A stretch of DNA of 64,000 nt. Origin: an uncultured Planctomycetaceae bacterium (lineage in GTDB: Bacteria; Planctomycetota; Planctomycetia; Planctomycetales; Planctomycetaceae). Below the pieces are notes generated by a model that was not told where the DNA came from, did not search any database, and saw only the letters and a program-made list of their open reading frames with translations. Numbering within the stretch: position 1 is the first letter of the stretch; every line of letters starts with the position of its first letter. A program made the position numbers and the translations under genes. Below are positions 46,318-55,924 of this stretch, piece after piece. Location of the stretch: positions 192,001 to 256,000 of the forward strand of contig CAWFGE010000022.1 of NCBI GenBank assembly GCA_963815195.1, given 5' to 3'.

Positions 46318-46775
46318 GGATGCAAACTCCTTCCCAAGCCAATAGTTCCAGCAAAATGGATCAAACAGGATTCAGGTGGAAATGATCGATCGCGGTCACC
46401 AGACGGTTTTTCGAGGGGTTGGGGATCGGGGGATGAAAACGCAACCCTCTCTAAGTGATTGTGATAGGTCGCCCGTTGTCCGTCAATTCCGATTCGTAAT
46501 CCTCAAAATCCGCATCATCGCCAGCATCTTCCCAAGTGTATCGGGTCTGACGGACGAATGCTACTCTTTCCCCGGACGCCGCCGCAAGCCTGCCCGTCCC
46601 CTCCCGGCGGACCGCCTCCGATTTCCGGGCACAACGGGATCGCTGCGTCCGCCTCAAAAAAACTCGGCGAAATCGCGATGGGCCAAGGGCTCCACCCCAA
46701 AGCCCATGAGCTCGATCCCTTTTGACCTTGGCAATGAAAACATGTACTGTGAGGGGAAGGAAGGAGATGAAAACC

Positions 46776-47057
46776 ATGCAAATTCAATTGCCCGATGACC
46801 CGAAGTTGGAGTCCCGCGCTTTCGCCGCCGGGTTGGCCAGCGTTGAAGCGTACGTTCGGCACTTGATCGAACAGGCAGATCGTCAAGTTCCGGAGAGCGT
46901 TCCCAAAGGAGACGAAGTTGCGGCACCAATTCGCCCTGATGGCCTTTCTTACGAAGAATGGCAGCAGCGTTTGAGGGGTTTCGTGAGTAAACAACCTTCA
47001 ACCAATCCCCATTTTGACGACAGCCGCGAAAATATGTATCAGGATCGGTCATCGTGA
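46776..47057 (+). CDS. Putative VapB-like antitoxin
   Basis: AAGGAG RBS; GLASVEAYVRHLIE (RHH-like) and C-terminal DDSRENMY; stop overlaps a PIN-like start. Confidence 0.7.
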   Translation: MQIQLPDDPKLESRAFAAGLASVEAYVRHLIEQADRQVPESVPKGDEVAAPIRPDGLSYEEWQQRLRGFVSKQPSTNPHFDDSRENMYQDRSS

Positions 47058-47131
47058 TCCTGGTGGACTCCAACATCTTGCTGCGTTCCCCTCTCGTTCT
47101 TCGTGCCTTTGTGGTCGATGCCTCTTCGTAG
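47054..47131 (+). pseudogene. Truncated VapC/PIN toxin
   Basis: GTG start overlapping the antitoxin stop; MILVDSNILLR is a PIN N-terminus; stop after 25 codons. Confidence 0.7.
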
Positions 47132-47292
47132 TCCCCGGGTGATGCCGAAAGTCCCATGTGAGAGCATTGCCACGCGGGATCCGGGTTGCTACCATCCAGG
47201 CGTTTTGGGCCGGATGGCTTGTGATTTGCCTGTCCGAACGTTGAGGAGCGGCCGACTCGCCAGTGGGAAGTAGATCGAGGACTTGAGGCATT

Positions 47293-49125
47293 ATGTATCG
47301 AAGAATCGGCGCACACCCAGACAAAGTCGACGGCGTGGACGGGGTGCGGTTCGCCGTCTGGGCCCCTAATGCCAAGGAAATCTCCGTACTCTGCGACGCC
47401 GATCACTGGCAGCCGGGCGAAGGCTATTATCTCTGGGGTTCCGACAGCGGCGTGTGGTCGGGGTTTGTGCCGGGCCTGAAGCACGGGGACGCCTACAAAT
47501 TCGGCGTGCGGACCCAGGAAGGCCGCCTCTTGGAAAAAGCGGACCCCTTCGCCTTCCATGCCGAGCAGCCGCCCAAGACGGCGTCGATCGTCTATGATTT
47601 GAGCGGTTACGAATGGCACGATGCCGACTGGATGGAGGCCCGCAAGACCACCAATTGGCACGAAAAACCGATCTCGATTTACGAAGTGCACCTCGGCTCG
47701 TGGAAGCGGCCCAAGGACGGCCGACAGTTTTATACCTACCACGAACTCGCGGACATGCTCATCAACTACGTCCACGAGATGGGCTACACGCACCTGCAGT
47801 TGATGCCGATTGCGGAATTTCCCTTCGACGGCTCCTGGGGCTATCAGGCGACGGGCTATTATGCCCCGACGAGCCGATATGGGACGCCCCACGATTTCAT
47901 GTACTTCATGGACCTCTGCCATCAGGCGGGGATCGGCGTGTTGATCGATTGGGTCCCCGCGCACTTTCCCACCGACGGCCACGCCCTGGGCCGATTCGAC
48001 GGCACCGCCCTCTACGAGCACTCCGACGACCGCAAAGGTTTTCATCCCGATTGGGGAACCTACATCTATAACTACGGCCGGTTCGAGGTCAAGGACTTCC
48101 TGCTCAATCGCGCCCGGTTTTGGCTGGACACGTATCACGTGGACGGCATTCGCGTGGATGCGGTCGCCTCCATGCTTTATCTGGATTACTCCCGCAACGA
48201 AGGCGAATGGATCCCCAACGAGCACGGCGGCCGGGAAAACAACGAGGCGATCGGGTTCCTCAAGGACACCAATACGGTGCTCCACGGCGAGTTTCCGGGC
48301 ATTTTGACCATCGCGGAGGAGTCCACCGCCTGGGGCGGCGTTTCGCATCCGGTTTATACCGGGGGCCTGGGCTTCAACATGAAGTGGGACATGGGCTGGA
48401 TGAACGACACCCTCCGCTACATGCACCGCGACCCGATCCACCGGTCGTTCCATCAGAACGATTTGTCGTTCCGCATGATTTACGCCTTCACCGAAAACTT
48501 CGTGCTGCCGCTCTCGCACGACGAAGTCGTCCACGGCAAGCGGGCTTTGATCTCGCAGATGCCGGGCGATTATTGGCAGCAGTTCGCCAACCTGCGGCTG
48601 CTCTACGGCTATCAATACGCGATGCCCGGCAAGAAGCTGCTGTTCATGGGCGGCGAGTTCGCCCAGTGGACCGAATGGAACCACGACGGCGAACTCGATT
48701 GGGCCCTGTTCGGGCACGAAAACCACGATGGCATCCGGCGGTTCGTTGGGGATTTGAACCACAAGTTCCGCACGGAACCGGCCCTTTATGAAGTGGACTT
48801 CAAAGGGGAGGGCTTCGAGTGGGTCCAATGCGACGACCACAAAAACAGCGTGTTCGCCTTCATCCGCTACGCCAAGGACCGCAGCGATTTCCTGGTGATC
48901 GTGGGGAACTTCACGCCCTCGGTCCATGAAAACTACCGCATCGGCGTCCCCGCCGCCGGGTTCTATAAGGAAGTCGTCAACAGCGACGCCAAGATCTACG
49001 GCGGCTCGAACGTGGGCAACATCGGCGGCATCTACAGCGAGAAAGTCGCATCCCACGGCAAGAAACAAAGCATCAACCTCACGTTGCCCCCTTTGGGCCT
49101 GCTGATCCTCAAACCGGTGTCTTGA
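47293..49125 (+). CDS. glgB: 1,4-alpha-glucan branching enzyme, paralog 2 (N-terminally short)
   Basis: Same GH13 motifs ([24 protein letters not shown]); GAGG RBS and an in-frame TGA just upstream. Confidence 0.95.
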   Translation: MYRRIGAHPDKVDGVDGVRFAVWAPNAKEISVLCDADHWQPGEGYYLWGSDSGVWSGFVPGLKHGDAYKFGVRTQEGRLLEKADPFAFHAEQPPKTASIVYDLSGYEWHDADWMEARKTTNWHEKPISIYEVHLGSWKRPKDGRQFYTYHELADMLINYVHEMGYTHLQLMPIAEFPFDGSWGYQATGYYAPTSRYGTPHDFMYFMDLCHQAGIGVLIDWVPAHFPTDGHALGRFDGTALYEHSDDRKGFHPDWGTYIYNYGRFEVKDFLLNRARFWLDTYHVDGIRVDAVASMLYLDYSRNEGEWIPNEHGGRENNEAIGFLKDTNTVLHGEFPGILTIAEESTAWGGVSHPVYTGGLGFNMKWDMGWMNDTLRYMHRDPIHRSFHQNDLSFRMIYAFTENFVLPLSHDEVVHGKRALISQMPGDYWQQFANLRLLYGYQYAMPGKKLLFMGGEFAQWTEWNHDGELDWALFGHENHDGIRRFVGDLNHKFRTEPALYEVDFKGEGFEWVQCDDHKNSVFAFIRYAKDRSDFLVIVGNFTPSVHENYRIGVPAAGFYKEVVNSDAKIYGGSNVGNIGGIYSEKVASHGKKQSINLTLPPLGLLILKPVS

Positions 49126-49160
49126 GGCTGGTTTGAAGCTTTCAGGCAAACGAAGCGACT

Positions 49161-52100
49161 TCAGCGGAAGTCGCGGCTTTTGATTTCGAGGGCGGCGAGG
49201 CGGTCGGCGAGATCCTCCACGCGGTGCACGACGACGTGGATCACCGTGTCTTTGGTTTCGAGTTTTCCGCGAACGATCCACGCCGGGGAATGGCGAGTGA
49301 TCTGGCGGTAGTGCTCCCACACGGCTTGATGCAGCACGAGATTGGCGGTTCCCGTTTCATCTTCGATCGTCACGAACGTAATGCCCTTGGCGGTGCTGGG
49401 ACGCTGCCGAAGCAGCACGATTCCCGCGACTTTGACCGAGGCATTGTTCGGCAACTTGGAAAGCTCGCCGTTGGGCCGGATCCCGATCAGGTTCAATCGC
49501 TCGCGCTGAAAACTCATGGGGTGCGGGCGAAGCGACAACCCCGTGGTGTGATAGTCGGCATAGACTTCTTCTTCGAGTTCCATCTCCGGCAGGTTCGACA
49601 CCGAACCGTCCAAGCCGATCTGCTCGAATAACAAGAGTTGCCGTGGTTTCGCATCGGCGGCCAGGGCTTTCCAGAGCGATTCCCGCCGGCTGTCTTTGAG
49701 GCCCCGAAATGCATCCGCTTCCGCAAGGATCGTGACCTGCCCCAACGGCAAACGGGTCCGCAATAAAAGATCCTTCATTGAGGTGAATCGCTTCTCTCGC
49801 CGGGCCTTGACCAATCGCTCCGCCCAGGCGGATTGAAAGCCTTTGACGAGACGAAAACCGAGCCGGAGGATGTTTCCATTCTCGATCGTGCAGTCCCAAT
49901 CGCTGGCATTGACATCCACCGGCTGGACTTCGACGTTGTGCTTGCGGGCATCGCCAACGAGTTGGGCCGGGGCGTAAAATCCCATGGGCTGGCTGTTGAT
50001 GATCGCGGCCGCGAACTCGGCGGGGTAATAACACTTCAGCCAGGCGGAGACATAGACCAGAAGCGCAAAACTGGCCGCGTGCGATTCGGGGAAGCCGTAT
50101 TCGCCGAAGCCCCGAATCTGCTGAAACACCCGCTCGGCGAACTCGCCCGTCAAGCCGTTTTGCCGCATGCCGTCGAGCAGCTTCCGCCGAAATTGATCGA
50201 TCAACCCCGGCCGGCGCCAGGCCCCCATCGCCCGCCGGAGCTGGTCGGCTTCGCCCGGAGTAAACCCCGCCGCCACCATCGCCAACTGCATGCATTGCTC
50301 CTGAAACAACGGCACGCCCAGCGTTTTTTTGAGGACTTCGCGAATGGCCGCGCTCGGATACTCTTCCCGTTCCTCGCCGCTTCGCCGGCGCAAGTAGGGA
50401 TGCACCATGTTGCCTTGAATCGGGCCGGGCCGCACGATGGCGACTTCAATCACCAGATCGTAATAGCAGCGAGGCTTGAGCCGGGGCAGCATGCTCATCT
50501 GGGCCCGGCTTTCGATCTGAAACACGCCCACCGTGTCGGCCCGGCAAATCATGTCGTACACCCGCGAGTCGCCTTCGGGCACGTCCGCCAGTCCCAGCAC
50601 GCGGCCCGTCTTGGGCTTCAAAAGCTCAAAGCATTTGCGAATGGCGGTCAGCATGCCCAGCCCCAGGCAGTCCACTTTAAGAATGCCCAAATCGTCGAGA
50701 TCGTCCTTGTTCCACTGGACCACGGTGCGGTCTTCCATCGCGGCGTTCTCGATGGGGACGAACTCGTCCAATCGGCCGCGGGCAATCACCATCCCGCCCA
50801 CGTGTTGCGAGAGATGCCTGGGAAAACCTTGCAGCTCGTTGACGAAGTAAACGAGCCGCTGCCCCGCGTCCGATTGCGGATCGAGACCGGCTTCCCGAGA
50901 GCGCTTGGGGAAATCGTCCACCGTGCGGTAATGGTCGGCATTCTTCGCCAGGCGGTCCACAAGATCGAGCGACAGCCCCAACGCCTTCCCCACATCGCGG
51001 ATCGCGGAGCGCGGCCGATAGGTGATGGTCACCGCCGCCAGCCCCGCCCGCTCGCGTCCGTACTTGTTATAGATGTATTGAAGCACTTCTTCGCGGCGTT
51101 CGTGCTCAAAATCCACATCGATGTCCGGGGCTTCGTCGCGCTCCCGGCTGATGAACCGCTCGAACAACAGCCCAATCCGCTCGGGATCGACCGCAGTGAT
51201 GCCCAGGCAATAACACACGGCCGAGTTGGCCGCGGAACCCCGCCCCTGACAGAGAATGTTTTGCGAGCGGGCAAACCGCACCAGATCCCAGACCGTCAGG
51301 AAGTAAGCTTCATAATGCAGTTCCTCGATGAGCTGCAATTCGTGCTCGAGCAAGTTCCGAACATGCACCGGCACGCCGGCGGGATACCGCGTTTTCGCTC
51401 CCTGCCGGGTGAGTTCTTTTAAGTAGTCGATCGGCGTCAGCCCGGCGGGGGCGAGTTCTTCGGGATATTCATAGCGAAGCTCCTCCAATGAAAATCGGCA
51501 TTCTTTGGCGATGCGGATTGTTCGGGCGAGAGCTTGAGGAAGATCGGCATACAGCGATTGAATGGCCTCCAACTTTCGCAGATGCCGTTCCGTGTTGGGC
51601 AATAGATATTGTCCCGCCAAGCCCACGCTGGTTTTATGGCGGATCGCGGTGAGCACATCATGCAGAAGTTTTCTCGCGGGAATATGAAACAGCACGCCCC
51701 CCGCCGCCAACAGCGGCAGCCGCGTTTCACGGGAATAGCTTTTGAGCCATTCCCCCCGGCGATGATCGTGCGGCCCTCTGTGCAGTTCCGCCAAGAGATA
51801 ACAGTCGGTGCCAAACATGTCTTTATAGCGCCGGCCTTCTGAAAGAGGAAATTCTTCGCAATGCGCCGGCGGCAGCACGCCCGCCAACAAACCCCCGGCG
51901 TGATCGGCGATGTCTTCTAATTCCAAATGGCAGTTTCCTTTCTCCGCCCGCCGGCGGCCCAAGGTAATCAGCCGGCACAAGTGGGCATAACCCGCGCGGT
52001 CTTTGACCCAGAGCACCACCGGAGCCGCATCCGCCGGGGTGATTTCCGCTCCCACAATGAGCTTGAGCGGTTGAGACAAGTTCTTAATCGCGGTAAATGC

Positions 52101-52247
52101 CCGCACGATCCCCGCCAGCGAGTTGCGGTCGGTGATCGCCAGGGCGGAATATCCCAACGCCGCCGCCCGCATCACCAATTCATCGGGATGCGAAGCCGCT
52201 TCCAGAAACGAAAAATTCGTCAGGCAATGCAGCTCGGCATATTGCAT
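49161..52247 (-). CDS. dnaE2: Error-prone DNA polymerase DnaE2 (ImuC)
   Basis: YAELHCLTNFSFL, GRGSAANS, PDIDVDFEHERRE, FPRHLSQH, C-terminal SRDFR. Confidence 0.96.
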   Translation of the reverse strand: MQYAELHCLTNFSFLEAASHPDELVMRAAALGYSALAITDRNSLAGIVRAFTAIKNLSQPLKLIVGAEITPADAAPVVLWVKDRAGYAHLCRLITLGRRRAEKGNCHLELEDIADHAGGLLAGVLPPAHCEEFPLSEGRRYKDMFGTDCYLLAELHRGPHDHRRGEWLKSYSRETRLPLLAAGGVLFHIPARKLLHDVLTAIRHKTSVGLAGQYLLPNTERHLRKLEAIQSLYADLPQALARTIRIAKECRFSLEELRYEYPEELAPAGLTPIDYLKELTRQGAKTRYPAGVPVHVRNLLEHELQLIEELHYEAYFLTVWDLVRFARSQNILCQGRGSAANSAVCYCLGITAVDPERIGLLFERFISRERDEAPDIDVDFEHERREEVLQYIYNKYGRERAGLAAVTITYRPRSAIRDVGKALGLSLDLVDRLAKNADHYRTVDDFPKRSREAGLDPQSDAGQRLVYFVNELQGFPRHLSQHVGGMVIARGRLDEFVPIENAAMEDRTVVQWNKDDLDDLGILKVDCLGLGMLTAIRKCFELLKPKTGRVLGLADVPEGDSRVYDMICRADTVGVFQIESRAQMSMLPRLKPRCYYDLVIEVAIVRPGPIQGNMVHPYLRRRSGEEREEYPSAAIREVLKKTLGVPLFQEQCMQLAMVAAGFTPGEADQLRRAMGAWRRPGLIDQFRRKLLDGMRQNGLTGEFAERVFQQIRGFGEYGFPESHAASFALLVYVSAWLKCYYPAEFAAAIINSQPMGFYAPAQLVGDARKHNVEVQPVDVNASDWDCTIENGNILRLGFRLVKGFQSAWAERLVKARREKRFTSMKDLLLRTRLPLGQVTILAEADAFRGLKDSRRESLWKALAADAKPRQLLLFEQIGLDGSVSNLPEMELEEEVYADYHTTGLSLRPHPMSFQRERLNLIGIRPNGELSKLPNNASVKVAGIVLLRQRPSTAKGITFVTIEDETGTANLVLHQAVWEHYRQITRHSPAWIVRGKLETKDTVIHVVVHRVEDLADRLAALEIKSRDFR

Positions 52248-52266
52248 CGGCCAACCTGTCGCATTT

Positions 52267-52386
52267 ATTAGCCGCAGGGCGGCTAGCCCCGGTTTACGGG
52301 CAACTTAACGCGGCAAAGTGAAATCAACGTAGCGGCGGCATCTTGCCGCCGTAGATCGATCTCGGCGGCTGGAAGCCACCGCTACG
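52267..52386. repeat. REP family H half plus GTAG-type REP doublet (family G) between imuB and dnaE2
   Basis: ATTAGCCGCAGGGCGGCTAGCCCCGG; CGTAGCGGCGGCATCTTGCCGCCG...CGGCGGCTGGAAGCCACCGCTACG. Confidence 0.8.
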
Positions 52387-52427
52387 GAAGACACACGCAC
52401 TGTGCGCAGAAACAACAATCCAAAACA

Positions 52428-53954
52428 CTAAAACGTCTTGCCGTGCAGGAACCAGGTTTGTTCGGGGATTTGCCGGAAGATCCAATAGCGCCCGCCCTCT
52501 TGGGTTTCAATGCGGTAATAATCCCGGCGAATGGATGGCCCTCGCCACCAGCCCGATTCGATGCGCTCCGGCCCCCAACATTGCGTAATCACCTTTCGCG
52601 AACCTTCCAAAAACACAGCCGACGGCGGGCCGTCGGGGACCACGGCCATCACATCGATCGGCTGCGGTTCCGGCAATAAGCACAACGGGCGGTCCAAAGG
52701 CAACAAGGATTGACAGGCTTTGGAGGGAAGGAATTCGGATGCGTTGGAGACCGGCCGGAATTCCACGGCGCGTTCGGGAATGGGATCGGACCCCGGCACG
52801 GCATAGACCACGGCGTCCGGTCCCAGGCGGTGGCTCAAGCGATCCAAGAGCCGCAGCAACTGGCGGACCTGTTGCCGGGATTCCTCGGCGAACAACAACA
52901 GCTCCTGCCACTTGAGCGGGGCGACGGTCTCGGCCTTGAGATAAATCCCCACCACCGGCGAGTTCAATTTCAACCGCTCCCATTTCAACCGCAAGAGTTC
53001 CCCCAGATGCCGAGCGTCGGCTGTGGCTTCCCGCAGGCGAAGAGCGAGTTCCTGAGCGGTCCGGTCCTCCATGAGCAGCCGATAACAAAGTTCACAAATC
53101 CCCAAATGCCGGGTTTGCAATCGTTCCAACAATTCCCGCAGCAGAGCCAGGGAAAGTTGTTCGATGCTTTGAAAATGCGCCGTGCCGATTTCCAAGTCCC
53201 GGCGGATTTCCCAAGCGGGCGCGGGCCGGCAGGGCGTGATGAGTTCCTCCCGCTCGCCCGTCAGTTGCTCGATGCGGATGAGCAGGTCCTTTCCAAAGCG
53301 GGCTTTGAGGGCCGAGCGCTCCAACTGCAAAACCTGTCCAATGCTGCGAAGGCCCAACTTGTAGAGCTTGCTGATGAGCGGTGGGCCGAGCCTCAATCCC
53401 TCCACGGGCAAAGCCCGGATTGGATCAAATTGCCCGGCGGGAAGGATCGCGGGCCGCTGATCGGTCGCTAAAAAACGCGCGGCAGCCCAAGCCGCGGCGA
53501 TGGTGTCCCCGATCGCGACCCGCACGGAGAATTTCTGCTCGGCCAACTCGCGAACGATTTGCTCGACCAGCGGCTCTTCGCCCGCAAACAGCGCCGCCAC
53601 GCCGGTGACGTTCAGCAACAAGCTTTGAGGATGCTCGGAATCTTCCAAGCCGACCGCGGGGCTGAAGCGTTCGCACCAGATCGCCAATTGCTCGAGGGCC
53701 TGGCGGTCTGCTGGCCGATCGAGGGGCTTAAGGAAAACGCTCGCTTTTGAGCCCAGCCGGGATTGGGCTTCGGAAAGCATCATCCCCGGCCGAATCCCGA
53801 GCTTCTGGGCGTTTCCGCAGCAGAACCGCACCAACTCCCGGCCCCCGGCGGTTTCGGTGAGCAAAATCAAATCCTTCCCCAGCTCCGGCCCGCCGGCGAT
53901 GAGCCGCTGGATCGGCCAGTCAGGAAACCAGAGACACAACAGGCGTTTGTTCAT
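52428..53954 (-). CDS. imuB: ImuB, catalytically inactive Y-family polymerase
   Basis: LCLWFPDWP, GIRPGMMLSEA, FSPAVG, LPVEGLRL, GPERIESGWW...RDYY. Confidence 0.93.
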   Translation of the reverse strand: MNKRLLCLWFPDWPIQRLIAGGPELGKDLILLTETAGGRELVRFCCGNAQKLGIRPGMMLSEAQSRLGSKASVFLKPLDRPADRQALEQLAIWCERFSPAVGLEDSEHPQSLLLNVTGVAALFAGEEPLVEQIVRELAEQKFSVRVAIGDTIAAAWAAARFLATDQRPAILPAGQFDPIRALPVEGLRLGPPLISKLYKLGLRSIGQVLQLERSALKARFGKDLLIRIEQLTGEREELITPCRPAPAWEIRRDLEIGTAHFQSIEQLSLALLRELLERLQTRHLGICELCYRLLMEDRTAQELALRLREATADARHLGELLRLKWERLKLNSPVVGIYLKAETVAPLKWQELLLFAEESRQQVRQLLRLLDRLSHRLGPDAVVYAVPGSDPIPERAVEFRPVSNASEFLPSKACQSLLPLDRPLCLLPEPQPIDVMAVVPDGPPSAVFLEGSRKVITQCWGPERIESGWWRGPSIRRDYYRIETQEGGRYWIFRQIPEQTWFLHGKTF

Positions 53955-54627
53955 CGGTGTTTTTGACTCCGCAGATCAATCCGCTGGTCCCATCAATTTG
54001 CACATTCACGCTGGATTGGGTGGCCTCGCCCCGGCTGTAAAGCGTTCGCACGCAAAAAGAGGGCGACTCGCCCCAGGCCGGCCGCGGCTCCACCGCCAGG
54101 CGGACATCGGCCCAAGAAGATTGCCTAAGAGCCGGGGCCGAGCGGAGCAAAAACCCCACGCTCCCCGACCGCTCCGCCGCGAGTTTCAATCGGCGATAAG
54201 CTACCGGCGAAAGCTGGGGAACCACGCCCCACACGATCGAGACGGCTTCACAACAGAGGGCCTGCTCGATGGCCCACAGGCTTTCGCCAGCACTATTGGG
54301 CCTGACCAAAATCAGGGAAGCGGGATCGCTCCCCGCAGGCAGGAGTGCCAGCGGATAGATCTCTTTTGCCGAGTCGACCACAACCGCCGGGCGGTGCTTC
54401 TCGAAGAGTTGCCGGGCCACCAGGAGCGACAGCGTGCCCGCGCCGCTGGCTTCGCCCAAGCCGATCCACTCCACCAGGCTGCCCCGCCTTAGCCCTGCGC
54501 CGGGAAACAGCCGGTTCAAGACGGGACTCCCGGTGGAAATCGCCTCCAAATCCTGCGGAAAATGGTGTTCGTGAGTGCGGATCTTCCTCCGCAACTCGGC
54601 AAGCGTGTGTTGCCTGTCGGTGTTCAT
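53920..54627 (-). CDS. imuA: ImuA (RecA-like)
   Basis: STGSPVLNRLFPGAGLRRGSLVEW, LWAIEQAL, RRLKLAAERSG; overlaps the imuB start. Confidence 0.9.
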   Translation of the reverse strand: MNTDRQHTLAELRRKIRTHEHHFPQDLEAISTGSPVLNRLFPGAGLRRGSLVEWIGLGEASGAGTLSLLVARQLFEKHRPAVVVDSAKEIYPLALLPAGSDPASLILVRPNSAGESLWAIEQALCCEAVSIVWGVVPQLSPVAYRRLKLAAERSGSVGFLLRSAPALRQSSWADVRLAVEPRPAWGESPSFCVRTLYSRGEATQSSVNVQIDGTSGLICGVKNTDEQTPVVSLVS

Positions 54628-54647
54628 AGTTACCCCCAATCACTCAC

Positions 54648-54681
54648 TGACAAAACTATACTCAAGTATATGTTTTGTCAA
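54648..54681 (-). promoter_or_regulatory. Sigma70 promoter of imuABC overlapped by a 33-bp palindrome (candidate SOS operator)
   Basis: Minus strand TTGACA (54681-54676), 17 bp, TAGTTT (54658-54653); TGACAAAAC-TATAC-TCAA-GTATA-T-GTTTTGTCA. Confidence 0.7.
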
Positions 54682-54809
54682 GCACGCTTTTCTGCGATTT
54701 GAAGGTGTAAAACCCCTGCGGACTTGCAGCGGCGATGGGGGGCGGTACGATCGAAGGTTGGCGGCGAGTCGCAATGATCGAACGTTTCCTCTTTCCGAAG
54801 GGCTATCGC

Positions 54810-55859
54810 ATGCGCGGATTCACTGCTTTCCCGTGCCTGGTTTTTTTGTGGATGGCTGGCCGCGTTTTCGCCCAAAGTCCGGAGCAAAATCTCGTCCCCA
54901 TTTCCCCACGGAATGCCGACAAGCTTCGCGTTGTCTCCGAGGTGAAACCCGGCGGCGAGCGAAGCCCTTACAAAATCACTCTCGGGCCGGGACGCCGCGA
55001 GCTGGCGGTACTCTATTGGCGGAAGTCGATCGAGATTGTGGAGGACGAGACGTTTCGCCTCGTTCGCAAAGTCACCACGAATCAACCGGACCATTTGGCC
55101 GTGAGCCGGGACGGGACTTTGATCGCCTGGAGCGAACTGAACTCCTCGAAAATCTGGATGCAGAGCGCGAAGAGCCGCGAACTTCTCGAGTTTGAAAGCG
55201 GAGGGCATCCCACGCACGTCGCCTTCAGTCCGGACGCCAAATTGATCGCCGTCGGCGAAACGGTGACCATCGATCCGAACATCGAGGGCAGCGGTTTTTC
55301 CCAGGTCCGGCTGTTCGACCCCGCGGGGAAGCTCGTCCGCACGGTCGAAGTGACCCGCGAAGGATGGGGAGCCGTCTCTCCCGTGTTCAGCCCCGACGGC
55401 AAACTCCTGGCGGTGGGCAACCGGAATTTCGGGACCCCCGTGTTTGAGGTTTCCACCGGCAAACGCCTGCAAACCTTTCCCCGGCGAATGACCCACGAAG
55501 TGGCCTTCAGTCCCGACGGCAAAACGATCGCGGCAGCCTACGTCGATGGGGCGGTCGCCTTGTGGGACGTGGCGACGGGAAAAATGCTCCATCTCCAACC
55601 CGGCGCGGCGAAGGAGCTTTACACGCTGGATTGGAGCCCCCGAGGCGACCTGCTTGCAACGGCGGGCCACGAGGGCAAAATCGTTCTGTGGAACCCGGGC
55701 GAACTTGTCAAAGTCAAAGAGCTAAAGGCCCCGTCCTGGGTGATCCAGGTGCGGTTTGACCGCGCGGGTACCCGGCTGTTTTGTTCGGGCGGCGACCGCT
55801 TTGGAATTGAGGCCCCGAAAGTTCTTGTGTGGGGGATTCCCGAGCCGCCGGGGAAATAA
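54810..55859 (+). CDS. Secreted WD40-repeat protein
   Basis: Signal peptide; repeated VAFSPDG/DWSPRG...LWD units. Confidence 0.85.
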   Translation: MRGFTAFPCLVFLWMAGRVFAQSPEQNLVPISPRNADKLRVVSEVKPGGERSPYKITLGPGRRELAVLYWRKSIEIVEDETFRLVRKVTTNQPDHLAVSRDGTLIAWSELNSSKIWMQSAKSRELLEFESGGHPTHVAFSPDAKLIAVGETVTIDPNIEGSGFSQVRLFDPAGKLVRTVEVTREGWGAVSPVFSPDGKLLAVGNRNFGTPVFEVSTGKRLQTFPRRMTHEVAFSPDGKTIAAAYVDGAVALWDVATGKMLHLQPGAAKELYTLDWSPRGDLLATAGHEGKIVLWNPGELVKVKELKAPSWVIQVRFDRAGTRLFCSGGDRFGIEAPKVLVWGIPEPPGK

Positions 55860-55924
55860 AGGCCCCGATTTCCAACCGGAAACCACACGCTCACAAAGGC
55901 CTCGCTCGGCGAGGATCCGCCGGA

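Noticed and set aside
46654..49320. 888-aa minus-strand ORF
   Set aside because: Antisense shadow of glgB in high-GC DNA; no recognisable motifs.
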